Below, one piece after another: positions 24,355 through 32,000 of a stretch of DNA of 32,000 bases; the first letter of the stretch is position 1, and every line of letters begins with the position of its first letter. The translations under genes and the position numbers were made by a program. Below the pieces are notes generated by a model. The model was not told the DNA's origin. It worked only from the letters and a program-made list of their open reading frames with translations, and did not search any database. Source of the DNA: Nostoc punctiforme PCC 73102 (lineage in GTDB: Bacteria > Cyanobacteriota > Cyanobacteriia > Cyanobacteriales > Nostocaceae); contig NC_010628.1 in assembly GCF_000020025.1 (NCBI RefSeq), positions 7,140,001 to 7,172,000 of the forward strand. The letters run 5' to 3'.

Positions 24355-27300
24355 CTATCTCGCAATCGGGCAGTACTCTTGAATGGTTTTTACGTCCAAA
24401 GTTGTATTTTGTAAAGAACGGATGGCGGCGACGGTAGCTTTTGCGCCAGCGATGGTAGTAATGATGGGAATTTTGTAAGCTAAGGCTGTGCGACGGATTA
24501 ACCTAGCATCAGTATGGGCTTCTTCCCCGGAAGGTGTGTTGATAATAAGTTGGATTTTTTGATTTTTGATTGCATCCAAAACGTGGGGACGGCCTTCATG
24601 GAGTTTTAACACTAATTCAATATTTAACCCCTGTTCAAGAAGAACTCGCCGTGTACCAAGGGTAGCCATCACTGTAAAGCCCAAATCGATAAACTCCTTC
24701 ACCACAGCACCAGCGGCAGCTTTATCGCGATCGCTCATTGATACAAATACAGTTCCAGTCAGTGGTAAACGCTCCCCAGCGCCCAATTCGGCTTTGGCAA
24801 AGGCCCGGCCAAAGTCGCTGTCAATTCCCATCACCTCACCAGTGGATCTCATTTCTGGGCCCAATATTGTATCAGTTCCTGGGAATTTATTAAAGGGTAA
24901 TACTGCTTCTTTTACAGCAATATGTGTGGGAATGACTTCCTCGGTGAAACCTAGCTCCTCTAAGGTTTTACCCGACATAATTAAGGATGCTAGTTTCGCT
25001 AACTGTACGCCTGTTGCTTTAGATACAAATGGCACTGTACGTGAGGCGCGGGGGTTAGCTTCCAGAATATAAACTTGGGGAGAATAGCTGCTTGCACCGA
25101 CAACAGCAAATTGGATATTCATCAACCCAACGACTGAGAGCGCTTGTGCTAGCTGCACCGTCCAAGTGCGAATTTGATTGAGAACTGCTGGTGATAGGGA
25201 AATGGAAGGTAAAGAACAAGCGGAATCACCTGAGTGAATCCCAGCCTGCTCGATGTGTTCCATGATACCACCAATTACTACCCGTCCAGTGTGATCGGCG
25301 ATCGCATCTACATCGACTTCGATGGCGTTTTCCAAAAACTTATCAATCAAAATCGGATGTTCTGGTTCTATGAGTACTGCAAAGCTCATGTAGCGTTCCA
25401 ACTCAGCATCAGAATAAACGATTTCCATTGCTCGTCCCCCCAACACATAGCTGGGACGCACCACCACCGGATAGCCGATGCGTTTGGCGACAATCAGCGC
25501 ATCTTCGTAACTCCGCGCAATACCGTTAGGCGGTTGGGCAATATTCAACTCTTGGAGAATCTTTTCAAACCGTTCCCGGTTTTCTGCCATATCGATGGAA
25601 TCTGGGGATGTACCCCAAATTTTAGTGTTCAATCCTGAAGTGTCATTGTTAAGAAACTCTTGTAAAGGAATAGCCAACTTTAGCGGGGTTTGTCCGCCAA
25701 ACTGGATTATTATCCCGACTGGATTTTCAGTTTCGATGATGTTAAGAACATCTTCTTTTGTTAAAGGCTCAAAGTAAAGGCGATCGCTGGTATCGTAGTC
25801 TGTCGAAACTGTCTCTGGGTTAGAATTGACCATAATTGTCTCATACCCCGCATCCTTCAAGGCGTAGGCGGCGTGACAACAACAATAATCAAACTCAATT
25901 CCCTGCCCAATCCGGTTAGGGCCACCACCCAAAATCAAAACTTTTGGCTTGGTTGCGGGCATTACCTCTGTTTCTTCTTCGTAAGTAGAATAGTAGTAGG
26001 GGGTAAACGCTTCAAACTCAGCCGCGCAGGTATCTACGGTTTTGTAAACAGGGATAATTCCTAGTGACTTGCGGTAGGCGCGAACTTCATCTTCAGTGGT
26101 TTTGGTGGCATAAGCAATCTGGCGATCGCTATATCCGTCCCGCTTCACTTCATAAATTTGCTCTTTTGTCAGTTGCTGCAAGGGTGTCCGCTTCAGGAAT
26201 TTTTCGACATCTAGGAGTTGCTGTAATTTATCTAAGAACCATCGGTCAATACCAGTCAGTTCATAGATTTCTTCAATAGTCATACCTTGCTGCAAAGCAT
26301 GACGCACGGCAAAAATGCGATCGGGGTTAGGTGTCCGCAGTTGGGCGCGAATTTGTTCGCCACTGGGTAATTTCTCGGCTTTATCACAACCCCAACCAGC
26401 GCGTCCTGTTTCGAGCGATCGCAGCGCCTTTTGGAAGGATTCGTTGAAAGTCCGCCCAATTGCCATTGCTTCCCCGACAGACTTCATTTGGGTTGTCAGT
26501 ACTGGGTCAGAACCGGGGAATTTTTCAAAGGCGAAACGGGGGATTTTTGTCACCACATAGTCAATTGTCGGTTCAAAGGACGCGGGAGTTTTCTTGGTGA
26601 TGTCATTTTTGATTTCATCCAAGGTGTAGCCCACAGCCAATTTTGCTGCCATTTTAGCGATGGGAAAACCCGTAGCTTTGGAAGACAAAGCTGAACTGCG
26701 GGAAACGCGGGGGTTCATCTCAATTACCACCACATCCCCATTAAGCGGATTAACGGCAAATTGAATATTAGAACCGCCAGTTTCCACACCTATCTCGCGG
26801 ATGATTTTAATTGCCATATCCCGCAGCCTTTGATATTCTTTATCAGTAAGGGTTTGCGCGGGAGCAACGGTAATAGAGTCCCCGGTGTGAATGCCCATAG
26901 GGTCAAGGTTTTCGATGGAACAGATAATCACCACGTTATCTGCCAAATCACGCATCACTTCGAGTTCATATTCTTTCCAGCCCAGCAAAGACTGGTCAAT
27001 GAGAATTTGCGAAACGGGACTGGCATCTATACCTACCTGTGCCATTTCTTCAAATTCTTCTTGGTTGTAGGCAATACCGCCGCCACTTCCACCCATAGTG
27101 AAAGCGGGACGAATAATTAGGGGATAACTACCAATTTGACGGGCAACAGCTTTGGCTTCTTCCAAAGTTTCGGCTGTATCGCTAGGACACACAGCTACCC
27201 CAATTCTTGCCATTGCTTCACCGAACAGTTTTCGATCTTCGGCTTTTTCGATGGCTGGCAGTTTAGCGCCGATTAACTCAACGCCATACTTTTCCAACAC

Positions 27301-27618
27301 GCCATTTTTGGCTAAAGCAACGGCGAGGTTGAGGGCGGTTTGTCCTCCCATCGTTGGTAATAAAGCATCGGGGCGTTCTTTTTCAATGACTTTTTCGACC
27401 AATTCTGGAGTTAACGGCTCAATGTAAGTGCGATCGGCCGTTTCCGGGTCGGTCATAATTGTTGCAGGGTTTGAGTTGACCAAAACTACTTCATAGCCTT
27501 CTTCTCGCAGCGCTTTGCAGGCTTGAGTGCCAGAGTAGTCAAACTCACAGGCTTGTCCAATCACAATTGGGCCAGAGCCTAACAGTAGAATCTTCCGGAG
27601 GTCGTCACGGCGGGGCAT
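24355..27618 (-). CDS. carB: Carbamoyl-phosphate synthase large subunit
   Basis: 1087 aa. The N-terminus is the canonical [57 protein letters not shown]. There are two ATP-grasp halves and an MGS-like C-terminal domain. Confidence 0.97.
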   Translation of the reverse strand: MPRRDDLRKILLLGSGPIVIGQACEFDYSGTQACKALREEGYEVVLVNSNPATIMTDPETADRTYIEPLTPELVEKVIEKERPDALLPTMGGQTALNLAVALAKNGVLEKYGVELIGAKLPAIEKAEDRKLFGEAMARIGVAVCPSDTAETLEEAKAVARQIGSYPLIIRPAFTMGGSGGGIAYNQEEFEEMAQVGIDASPVSQILIDQSLLGWKEYELEVMRDLADNVVIICSIENLDPMGIHTGDSITVAPAQTLTDKEYQRLRDMAIKIIREIGVETGGSNIQFAVNPLNGDVVVIEMNPRVSRSSALSSKATGFPIAKMAAKLAVGYTLDEIKNDITKKTPASFEPTIDYVVTKIPRFAFEKFPGSDPVLTTQMKSVGEAMAIGRTFNESFQKALRSLETGRAGWGCDKAEKLPSGEQIRAQLRTPNPDRIFAVRHALQQGMTIEEIYELTGIDRWFLDKLQQLLDVEKFLKRTPLQQLTKEQIYEVKRDGYSDRQIAYATKTTEDEVRAYRKSLGIIPVYKTVDTCAAEFEAFTPYYYSTYEEETEVMPATKPKVLILGGGPNRIGQGIEFDYCCCHAAYALKDAGYETIMVNSNPETVSTDYDTSDRLYFEPLTKEDVLNIIETENPVGIIIQFGGQTPLKLAIPLQEFLNNDTSGLNTKIWGTSPDSIDMAENRERFEKILQELNIAQPPNGIARSYEDALIVAKRIGYPVVVRPSYVLGGRAMEIVYSDAELERYMSFAVLIEPEHPILIDKFLENAIEVDVDAIADHTGRVVIGGIMEHIEQAGIHSGDSACSLPSISLSPAVLNQIRTWTVQLAQALSVVGLMNIQFAVVGASSYSPQVYILEANPRASRTVPFVSKATGVQLAKLASLIMSGKTLEELGFTEEVIPTHIAVKEAVLPFNKFPGTDTILGPEMRSTGEVMGIDSDFGRAFAKAELGAGERLPLTGTVFVSMSDRDKAAAGAVVKEFIDLGFTVMATLGTRRVLLEQGLNIELVLKLHEGRPHVLDAIKNQKIQLIINTPSGEEAHTDARLIRRTALAYKIPIITTIAGAKATVAAIRSLQNTTLDVKTIQEYCPIAR

Positions 27619-28049
27619 AGTCGTTGCCTTGGAGTATGAGAATACAAATCCTGATTATTTTAAGGGTCTTTACACCCTGTCGTGCTTTTTATTATTAAGT
27701 TTTCTAGGTTTGATGACATGAAAGGATTGGGAACTAGGGAATAGGGTACAGGTTAGAGGGTACAGATTATTTTGTCTTCCCTGTCACCTCCCCCCTAACC
27801 CAAATACTTAATGCCCTATGATTATTTTGTATTTCTAAATACTATTTAATTGTGACGAGTAATTTTTTAAAGCTTTTGCAAATTTCTGTAATTTAGTTTG
27901 ATAAAACTTTGCGATAAATAGTAATTTACTATGGCATATATCTGTCCACTTATTCAGCCCAAATAAATTTATTAGATAAAAATATTTATTAACTATCTAA
28001 TTGCCAAATATTTTCAACATTAAATCTTATGATGATATGTTTACTTAAA

Positions 28050-28090
28050 TTAAAAATGGCAGAGGAATAAAGGTATCATTCTCTGCCATT
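28050..28090 (-). terminator. Rho-independent terminator of dps
   Basis: aatggcagag (28055-28064) pairs perfectly with ctctgccatt (28081-28090) around a 16-nt loop. On the minus strand the stem is followed by uuuuaauuu. It lies ~80 nt downstream of the dps stop. Confidence 0.7.
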
Positions 28091-28166
28091 CTTTATAATA
28101 TTTTAAGAGTTCGTGCTGCCAACTTTTTCTTTCAGTCTAGGTAAACAAATCTAGATTATGAGAGTT

Positions 28167-28721
28167 CTAGCTTTGAGCCGCTTGGACAAACCCTAAAGTT
28201 AAGCTATCTTTAGCGAGGAAGTGAGATAAATGATAAGCACGTTCCTCGGTTTTCAACAAAATCTTTTCGTACAGATAGCGTGTACCCCGATCGCCTAAAC
28301 TCTCTGCCTGAGCAGCTTGGCGGCGAATTACGCCAATAATAGCTTGTTCTGCCGCTAAGTCATTTTCCACCATTTGGCGAGAGGAATATACACCTTCAGA
28401 CTCTTGCTCAAAACAGGTTAATTCTGCTAATTTGCTAAAGGTCGCTACTGGAACACCACCTAGTCCATCCAAGCGTTCTCCAATTTCATGGATGTGGTCT
28501 TGTACTTGGTTGTAGCTTTCGTTAAAAAACTCATGCAGAGAGTAAAATTCTGAGCCTTCAACTACAAAATGATGCTTTTGGTACTGCAAATACAGTGCCT
28601 GGAAACTAGCTAATACAACGTTAAATCCTTCTGTAACTGGAGCAGTTACGCTGCGATCCAGCAACACGGGATTGTCATATACATTACCAAAATTTCGTAA
28701 CAAAGTTTGCGTTTCAGACAT
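28167..28721 (-). CDS. dps: Dps-family ferritin-like DNA-binding/iron-storage protein
   Basis: ...[49 protein letters not shown]... shows the Dps four-helix pattern with ferroxidase-site His/Asp/Glu spacing. The protein is 184 aa. Confidence 0.9.
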   Translation of the reverse strand: MSETQTLLRNFGNVYDNPVLLDRSVTAPVTEGFNVVLASFQALYLQYQKHHFVVEGSEFYSLHEFFNESYNQVQDHIHEIGERLDGLGGVPVATFSKLAELTCFEQESEGVYSSRQMVENDLAAEQAIIGVIRRQAAQAESLGDRGTRYLYEKILLKTEERAYHLSHFLAKDSLTLGFVQAAQS

Positions 28722-28884
28722 TGCGTTCCTCTCTTTTTAACAGTTATAGTTTTTAACTGCTTATTCTCAACATATTAACATTTTAATAATAAGTGCAAGG
28801 CAATCCGCCATCAAAATATTTTGTATTTTTACTTACTAAAAACCTCAAGTTTATTGTTTGCTCGATGATGGTACACCTATCAAG

Positions 28885-29066
28885 GTGCATAAAATTCTCA
28901 TTAATATTGACATCACGGCTTAAATGTGCATTTTTGTCTGCAAGAGGGAGAATAAAGAATTAAATTAACTTTTTCCTCTCTGCTCTCTGCCCCTCTGCCC
29001 CCTCTCAATATGGGATGGCTGTAAAAGTTTGACTTTTTTTCCAAAATTAATGAGAATTCTTTGCAC
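28885..29066. promoter_or_regulatory. Pair of 25-bp inverted repeats in the dps / Asr1405-family divergent intergenic region (operator pair or small MITE)
   Basis: gtgcataaaattctcattaatattg (28885-28909) matches the reverse complement of caaaattaatgagaattctttgcac (29042-29066) at 22/25. The repeats are 132 bp apart, AT-rich, and contain TCATTAAT / GAATTC sub-palindromes. Confidence 0.5.
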
Positions 29067-29156
29067 TTAAGGTATGCTGGTTTTAAGAGGTTATACTCCT
29101 AAACTTTCAATAAACAGAGAGTTAAATCGCGGTAATTACTGCAAGTTTGTTGCACT

Positions 29157-29435
29157 TTGAGGGCAATTCTCTTGAAATCGTTTAGTTCAGAAATAGAAAG
29201 CAACCACCTTGTAGAGGTGAATTGGGCAGATCGCTGGCAAGTCTATCAACGTCTAAAGGAGTTAGACATTCCCTGTACTTGTACAGCTAACCAGCCATTA
29301 AAAGTTGAAATTGGCTCTCCGATGACAGCTGTTCAACTTTGGAGTGTGATACAGCGATTAACAGCCTCCCGTCAAGACCAAATTTTGACTCTTGAGTGCT
29401 GTTGGAAAATCGCTAACAACAGTTCTAATTTTTAG
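29157..29435 (+). CDS. Asr1405/Asl0597-family small protein
   Basis: ...VEVNWADRWQVYQRLKELDIPCTCTANQPLKVEIGSPMTAVQLWSVIQRL... matches my memory of this cyanobacteria-specific family. No ATG is available, so the start must be TTG (29157 or 29172) and is uncertain. Confidence 0.6.
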   Translation: MRAILLKSFSSEIESNHLVEVNWADRWQVYQRLKELDIPCTCTANQPLKVEIGSPMTAVQLWSVIQRLTASRQDQILTLECCWKIANNSSNF

Positions 29436-29493
29436 CTACTGCTGAGAATATTTTGCTTGATAGCTTGTACTTAGTTAAAAGGAGATCAAAAAA

Positions 29494-30150
29494 ATGGGTG
29501 CATCTCACACTATGGAAGTATCAGAATTTTGTCTTGAGGGTAGATTTATAAATTTTGTTATTAAAGATGGCTATAAGCTTAAAGGCTTAATGCTAGGGAC
29601 TCATGAAGGTGAGTTTTATATTAAATTAGCTAAACAATTACGGGCTGCTTTTGACTTGCGCTTACCACCAGGGACTTGGCTGCAAGTTGTTGGTTACAAA
29701 AAGCATGATTTGAAGGATGGCACTATCACTCTGAAAGCTGAACGGGTAATGGCGGCGCGTTCTGAGATGGGGAGAGTTCAGACGACTACTCCAGTACAAG
29801 AACCCCCATCTATTCATAATGTCAAGGTAAAGCCAGCTAAGGCTAAAGCCACAATTTTGGTGTGTCAAAAGTCTGATTGTATGAAACGCGGTGGTAAAGC
29901 AGTTTGTCAGGCGTTAGAGGCAGCTTTAAGCGATCGCGGTTTAGAAGACCAAGTTACAATCAAGGGCACTGGTTGTATGAAAAATTGTAAAGCTGGTCCA
30001 AACTTAGTTATGCCAGATAAAACACGCCATAGCCGAATTCAGGCTGCACAAGTCCCCAGGTTGATGGATAAGCATTTTGGTGACAAGAGTTTAGAAGCAC
30101 AGCCTGAGAATTTAAGGGAAGTGGCGATAACTAATGGCAAGCTTTGCTGA
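29494..30150 (+). CDS. Two-domain protein: unassigned ~100-aa N-terminal domain + thioredoxin-like [2Fe-2S] ferredoxin domain
   Basis: GGAG lies 9 nt upstream of the ATG. The C-terminal half has ILVCQKSDCMKRGG (C-x4-C) and GTGCMKNCKAGPNLVM (C-x3-C), the four-Cys pattern of thioredoxin-like 2Fe-2S ferredoxins. Confidence 0.8.
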   Translation: MGASHTMEVSEFCLEGRFINFVIKDGYKLKGLMLGTHEGEFYIKLAKQLRAAFDLRLPPGTWLQVVGYKKHDLKDGTITLKAERVMAARSEMGRVQTTTPVQEPPSIHNVKVKPAKAKATILVCQKSDCMKRGGKAVCQALEAALSDRGLEDQVTIKGTGCMKNCKAGPNLVMPDKTRHSRIQAAQVPRLMDKHFGDKSLEAQPENLREVAITNGKLC

Positions 30151-30220
30151 TGTAGGTAGGTAAGCATGAATAAACCTAACTATGCAATAAAATGTAACAT
30201 AGCTGAAATCTTTGTGATTG

Positions 30221-30288
30221 CCTCTCATAAGAGATGCGCCGCATAGCTTGCTTCTTTGCAGGAGTAGGTTTCACTCGCAATTACGTAC
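30221..30288 (+). repeat. Copy of the dispersed intergenic core repeat
   Basis: cctctcataagagatgcgccgcatagcttgcttctttgcaggagtaggtttcactcgcaattacg is about 70% identical by eye to the copy at 16841-16906. Confidence 0.5.
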
Positions 30289-30323
30289 TTGTAGATTTTC
30301 CCACCCACCTATTTAGTGAAATC

Positions 30324-30352
30324 TTGACATTTCAATGAGAAAGTTTAATAAT
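30324..30352 (+). promoter_or_regulatory. Near-consensus sigma-70-type promoter (-35 TTGACA, 17-bp spacer, -10 AATAAT)
   Basis: TTGACA at 30324-30329 and AATAAT at 30347-30352 (5/6 to TATAAT). The predicted TSS is about 30359-30361. No ORF starts nearby. Confidence 0.45.
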
Positions 30353-30358
30353 ATCTTC

Positions 30359-30448
30359 TCAAGTGTGTTCCGTTAATACTCGGCCGTAAAGTCCGATAGA
30401 AGTTTGCAATAAAATCAAAAAACTGGCTTTAATTAAGGCCAGTTTTTT
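30359..30448 (+). ncRNA. Candidate ~90-nt small RNA (or terminated 5' leader) defined by promoter + intrinsic terminator
   Basis: The interval between the predicted TSS and the terminator has no ORF. It ends in a canonical hairpin + U6. I recognise no known sRNA or riboswitch family. Confidence 0.35.
30415..30448 (+). terminator. Rho-independent terminator (A-tract / stem / T-tract, potentially bidirectional)
   Basis: aaaaaactggc (30417-30427) pairs with gccagtttttt (30438-30448) around the loop tttaattaag. The core GC stem is actggc/gccagt, followed by tttttt. Confidence 0.72.
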
Positions 30449-30610
30449 GAATGAGTAGGATTTTTACTAAGCAATTTTTAACTGGGATGATAATATAATT
30501 TGGAAAAATTCAAGGGAATGTGGTTGATTGATGAATGCTTAGGCGCAAAGAGACTTGTCGTTAGACACCGCTTACACTTGAAGCGTCAATCATCAATCAT
30601 TTAAACACAA

Positions 30611-31033
30611 ATGCCACATACCCCTCAGTGGATATACATTGTTTTTTTGACCTTTTCCACGATAGTCATGATTTTTCTATTCCGTCATGACTGGAATCGC
30701 CTGGCTAAACTCTACCGCACGAAAGAAGCGCCGCCACAAAACTTTTCCCGAATGCAAAGCGGTTCTGTGGGTTTGGTTCACTACAAAGGAACTTTAAATG
30801 TTGGGATAACTCCTCAAGGGATTTATCTGAGTATTTTCCCCTTATTTGGCTTGGGACTTCCGCCGTTGTTGATTCCCTGGAGTGCCATTAGGAAGATTGA
30901 ACCTGCTAACCAACTATTTATTGAGCGTTTTCGTTTGTATCTTAGTTCTCCAAAAGTCAAGCTGATTTTAAGTAAAGATATTTTGGAACCAGCTAAAGAA
31001 TTTTTAGCCACACAGGGATTTGAGTGGATTTAG
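30611..31033 (+). CDS. Hypothetical small membrane protein (140 aa)
   Basis: ATG start. N-terminal TM WIYIVFLTFSTIVMIFLF and a second hydrophobic stretch IYLSIFPLFGLGLPPLLIPW. No family recognised. Confidence 0.6.
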   Translation: MPHTPQWIYIVFLTFSTIVMIFLFRHDWNRLAKLYRTKEAPPQNFSRMQSGSVGLVHYKGTLNVGITPQGIYLSIFPLFGLGLPPLLIPWSAIRKIEPANQLFIERFRLYLSSPKVKLILSKDILEPAKEFLATQGFEWI

Positions 31034-31145
31034 ATAAATCCCATTTTGACCCGGCTGATCATTTAAAATATAAAATTCCTCGTAATCATTTTTAAATTGG
31101 TATTAGAATCGCAAAACAGCATTTGCAATCTATTGGAGCATTGTC

Positions 31146-31391
31146 ATGAGCAACCTTAGCGTCCAGCTTCCTGACTCTTTGTACAAAAGTTTGCAGGAAC
31201 TTGCCAAACAAGACGGCATTTCTATCGATCAGTTTGTGGCGACAGCAGTTGCGGAAAAAATCGCTGCACTCACAACTGAAATTTATCTAAGGGAGTTAGC
31301 AAAGCTCGGCAGTCGAGAAAAATACGACGCAGTTTTAGCGAAAGTACCAGATATTGAACCGGAATCTTGCGATCAATTACCCACAGCTTAA
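31146..31391 (+). CDS. Ribbon-helix-helix / HicB-type antitoxin-like protein (orphan)
   Basis: MSNLSVQLPDSLYKSLQELAKQDGISIDQFVATAVAEKIAALTTEIYLRELAKLGSREKYDAVLAKVPDIEPE shows an RHH N-terminus and the pattern I associate with small cyanobacterial 'HicB family antitoxin' annotations. No toxin-sized ORF sits on either side. Confidence 0.65.
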   Translation: MSNLSVQLPDSLYKSLQELAKQDGISIDQFVATAVAEKIAALTTEIYLRELAKLGSREKYDAVLAKVPDIEPESCDQLPTA

Positions 31392-31598
31392 CAACGAAGC
31401 GATCGCCTACGGTTTGTCATAAGCAAGGCAAAGTAGTAGTTGCGATCGCTTAATATTTGTAGGCAATTGGGTTTAGCGCTGGTTTGGTGGGGTGCGTTAG
31501 AAGCAGCGTAACCCATCGAAAGTATCTAGAAAAGTACGTTAGGAAAGTAACACAGCTACAAATAAATTTTCAATGCTAGTACAAGGCTAGTTGTCTAA

Positions 31599-32000
31599 TC
31601 AAAGCTGATGTGGGTTACTTATTGGAGTCTGATCTAAATCTTGATTGAACTTTGTTAAGTCTTTACCCTCAAGAAGTGTTCCTTGAAGATTCGCCCCTTC
31701 AAAATTTGCCTTTTCAAAATTTGCGTCTACAAAATTCTCTTGAGCAAGATATGCCCCTTGAAGATTCGCTTCTCTGAGATCCGCACTTTCAATATTTATC
31801 GGAAAAAAACTGGCTCTCTTAAGATTTGCTTTTCTAAGATTGCTCTGTTTAAGATTCACTAAAGTTAAAGTTGCATTTTCAAGGTTAGCATTTTCAAGAT
31901 TGGCATTTGAAAGGTTGGCATTTTCAAGATTGGCATTTGAGAGGTTAGCATTTTCAAGATTGGCATTTGAGAGGTTAGCACCTTGAAGATTGGCCCTTGC
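31599..32000 (-). CDS. Pentapeptide-repeat protein (C-terminal part; the frame stays open to the right window edge)
   Basis: The frame of ORF 31599-31859 continues without a stop through 32000: ...ANLQGANLSNANLENANLSNANLENANLSNANLENANLENATLTLVNLKQSNLRKANLKRASF... The GTG 'start' in the track is therefore internal. Confidence 0.85.
   Translation of the reverse strand, partial: ARANLQGANLSNANLENANLSNANLENANLSNANLENANLENATLTLVNLKQSNLRKANLKRASFFPINIESADLREANLQGAYLAQENFVDANFEKANFEGANLQGTLLEGKDLTKFNQDLDQTPISNPHQL

Noticed and set aside
28823-28836. GTA-N8-TAC (gtatttttacttac) upstream of dps, matching the NtcA-site consensus
   Set aside because: No TAnnnT -10 box lies at the ~22-nt spacing expected for NtcA-activated promoters on either strand. 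The minimal motif is expected several times by chance in 32 kb of AT-rich DNA.
30166-30246. 26-codon ORF MNKPNYAIKCNIAEIFVIASHKRCAA just after the ferredoxin-domain gene
   Set aside because: It runs into the dispersed core repeat copy, shows no convincing RBS spacing, and I know of no conservation. Probably fortuitous.

Overview
This 32-kb chromosomal segment looks like a filamentous, heterocyst-forming (Nostocales-type) cyanobacterium. The evidence is roughly 25-30 copies of the HIP1 octamer GCGATCGC (counted by eye), STRR-like heptamer arrays in most intergenic regions, and cyanobacterial marker genes (rpaB, an NblB-like HEAT protein, a DUF2930/CCB-like protein, DUF760, an Asr1405-family protein, a PEP-CTERM protein). 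I support 29 CDS, two of them partial at the window edges, plus 2 gene remnants. The housekeeping backbone is nusA (partial and absent from the ORF track), rimP, radA, rpaB, a MutT-like Nudix gene, a group-2 sigma factor, carB and dps. The accessory and signalling content has two parts. One is a cluster of two Hanks-type Ser/Thr kinases around an output-less heme-c/HAMP transducer (5.7-10.4 kb). The other is a compact islet with two Uma2 (DUF820) nuclease paralogues, a WD40 gene stump and antitoxin-sized ORFs (10.9-13.4 kb) next to radA. I saw no rRNA, tRNA, CRISPR array, transposase, integrase or phage gene. Main leads: (1) the heme-sensor/HAMP plus kinase module; (2) the Uma2 islet, where WD40 homology breaks exactly at a Uma2 stop codon; (3) a near-consensus promoter followed by an intrinsic terminator with no ORF, suggesting an ~90-nt sRNA or terminated leader at 30.3-30.45 kb; (4) an M48-like protein in which two predicted zinc ligands are Arg; (5) nested MITE-like repeats and G-run arrays placed on the sense strand right after stop codons; (6) a 25-bp inverted repeat pair in the dps divergent promoter region. 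All functional calls rest on reading motifs by eye. No database search or folding calculation was possible.
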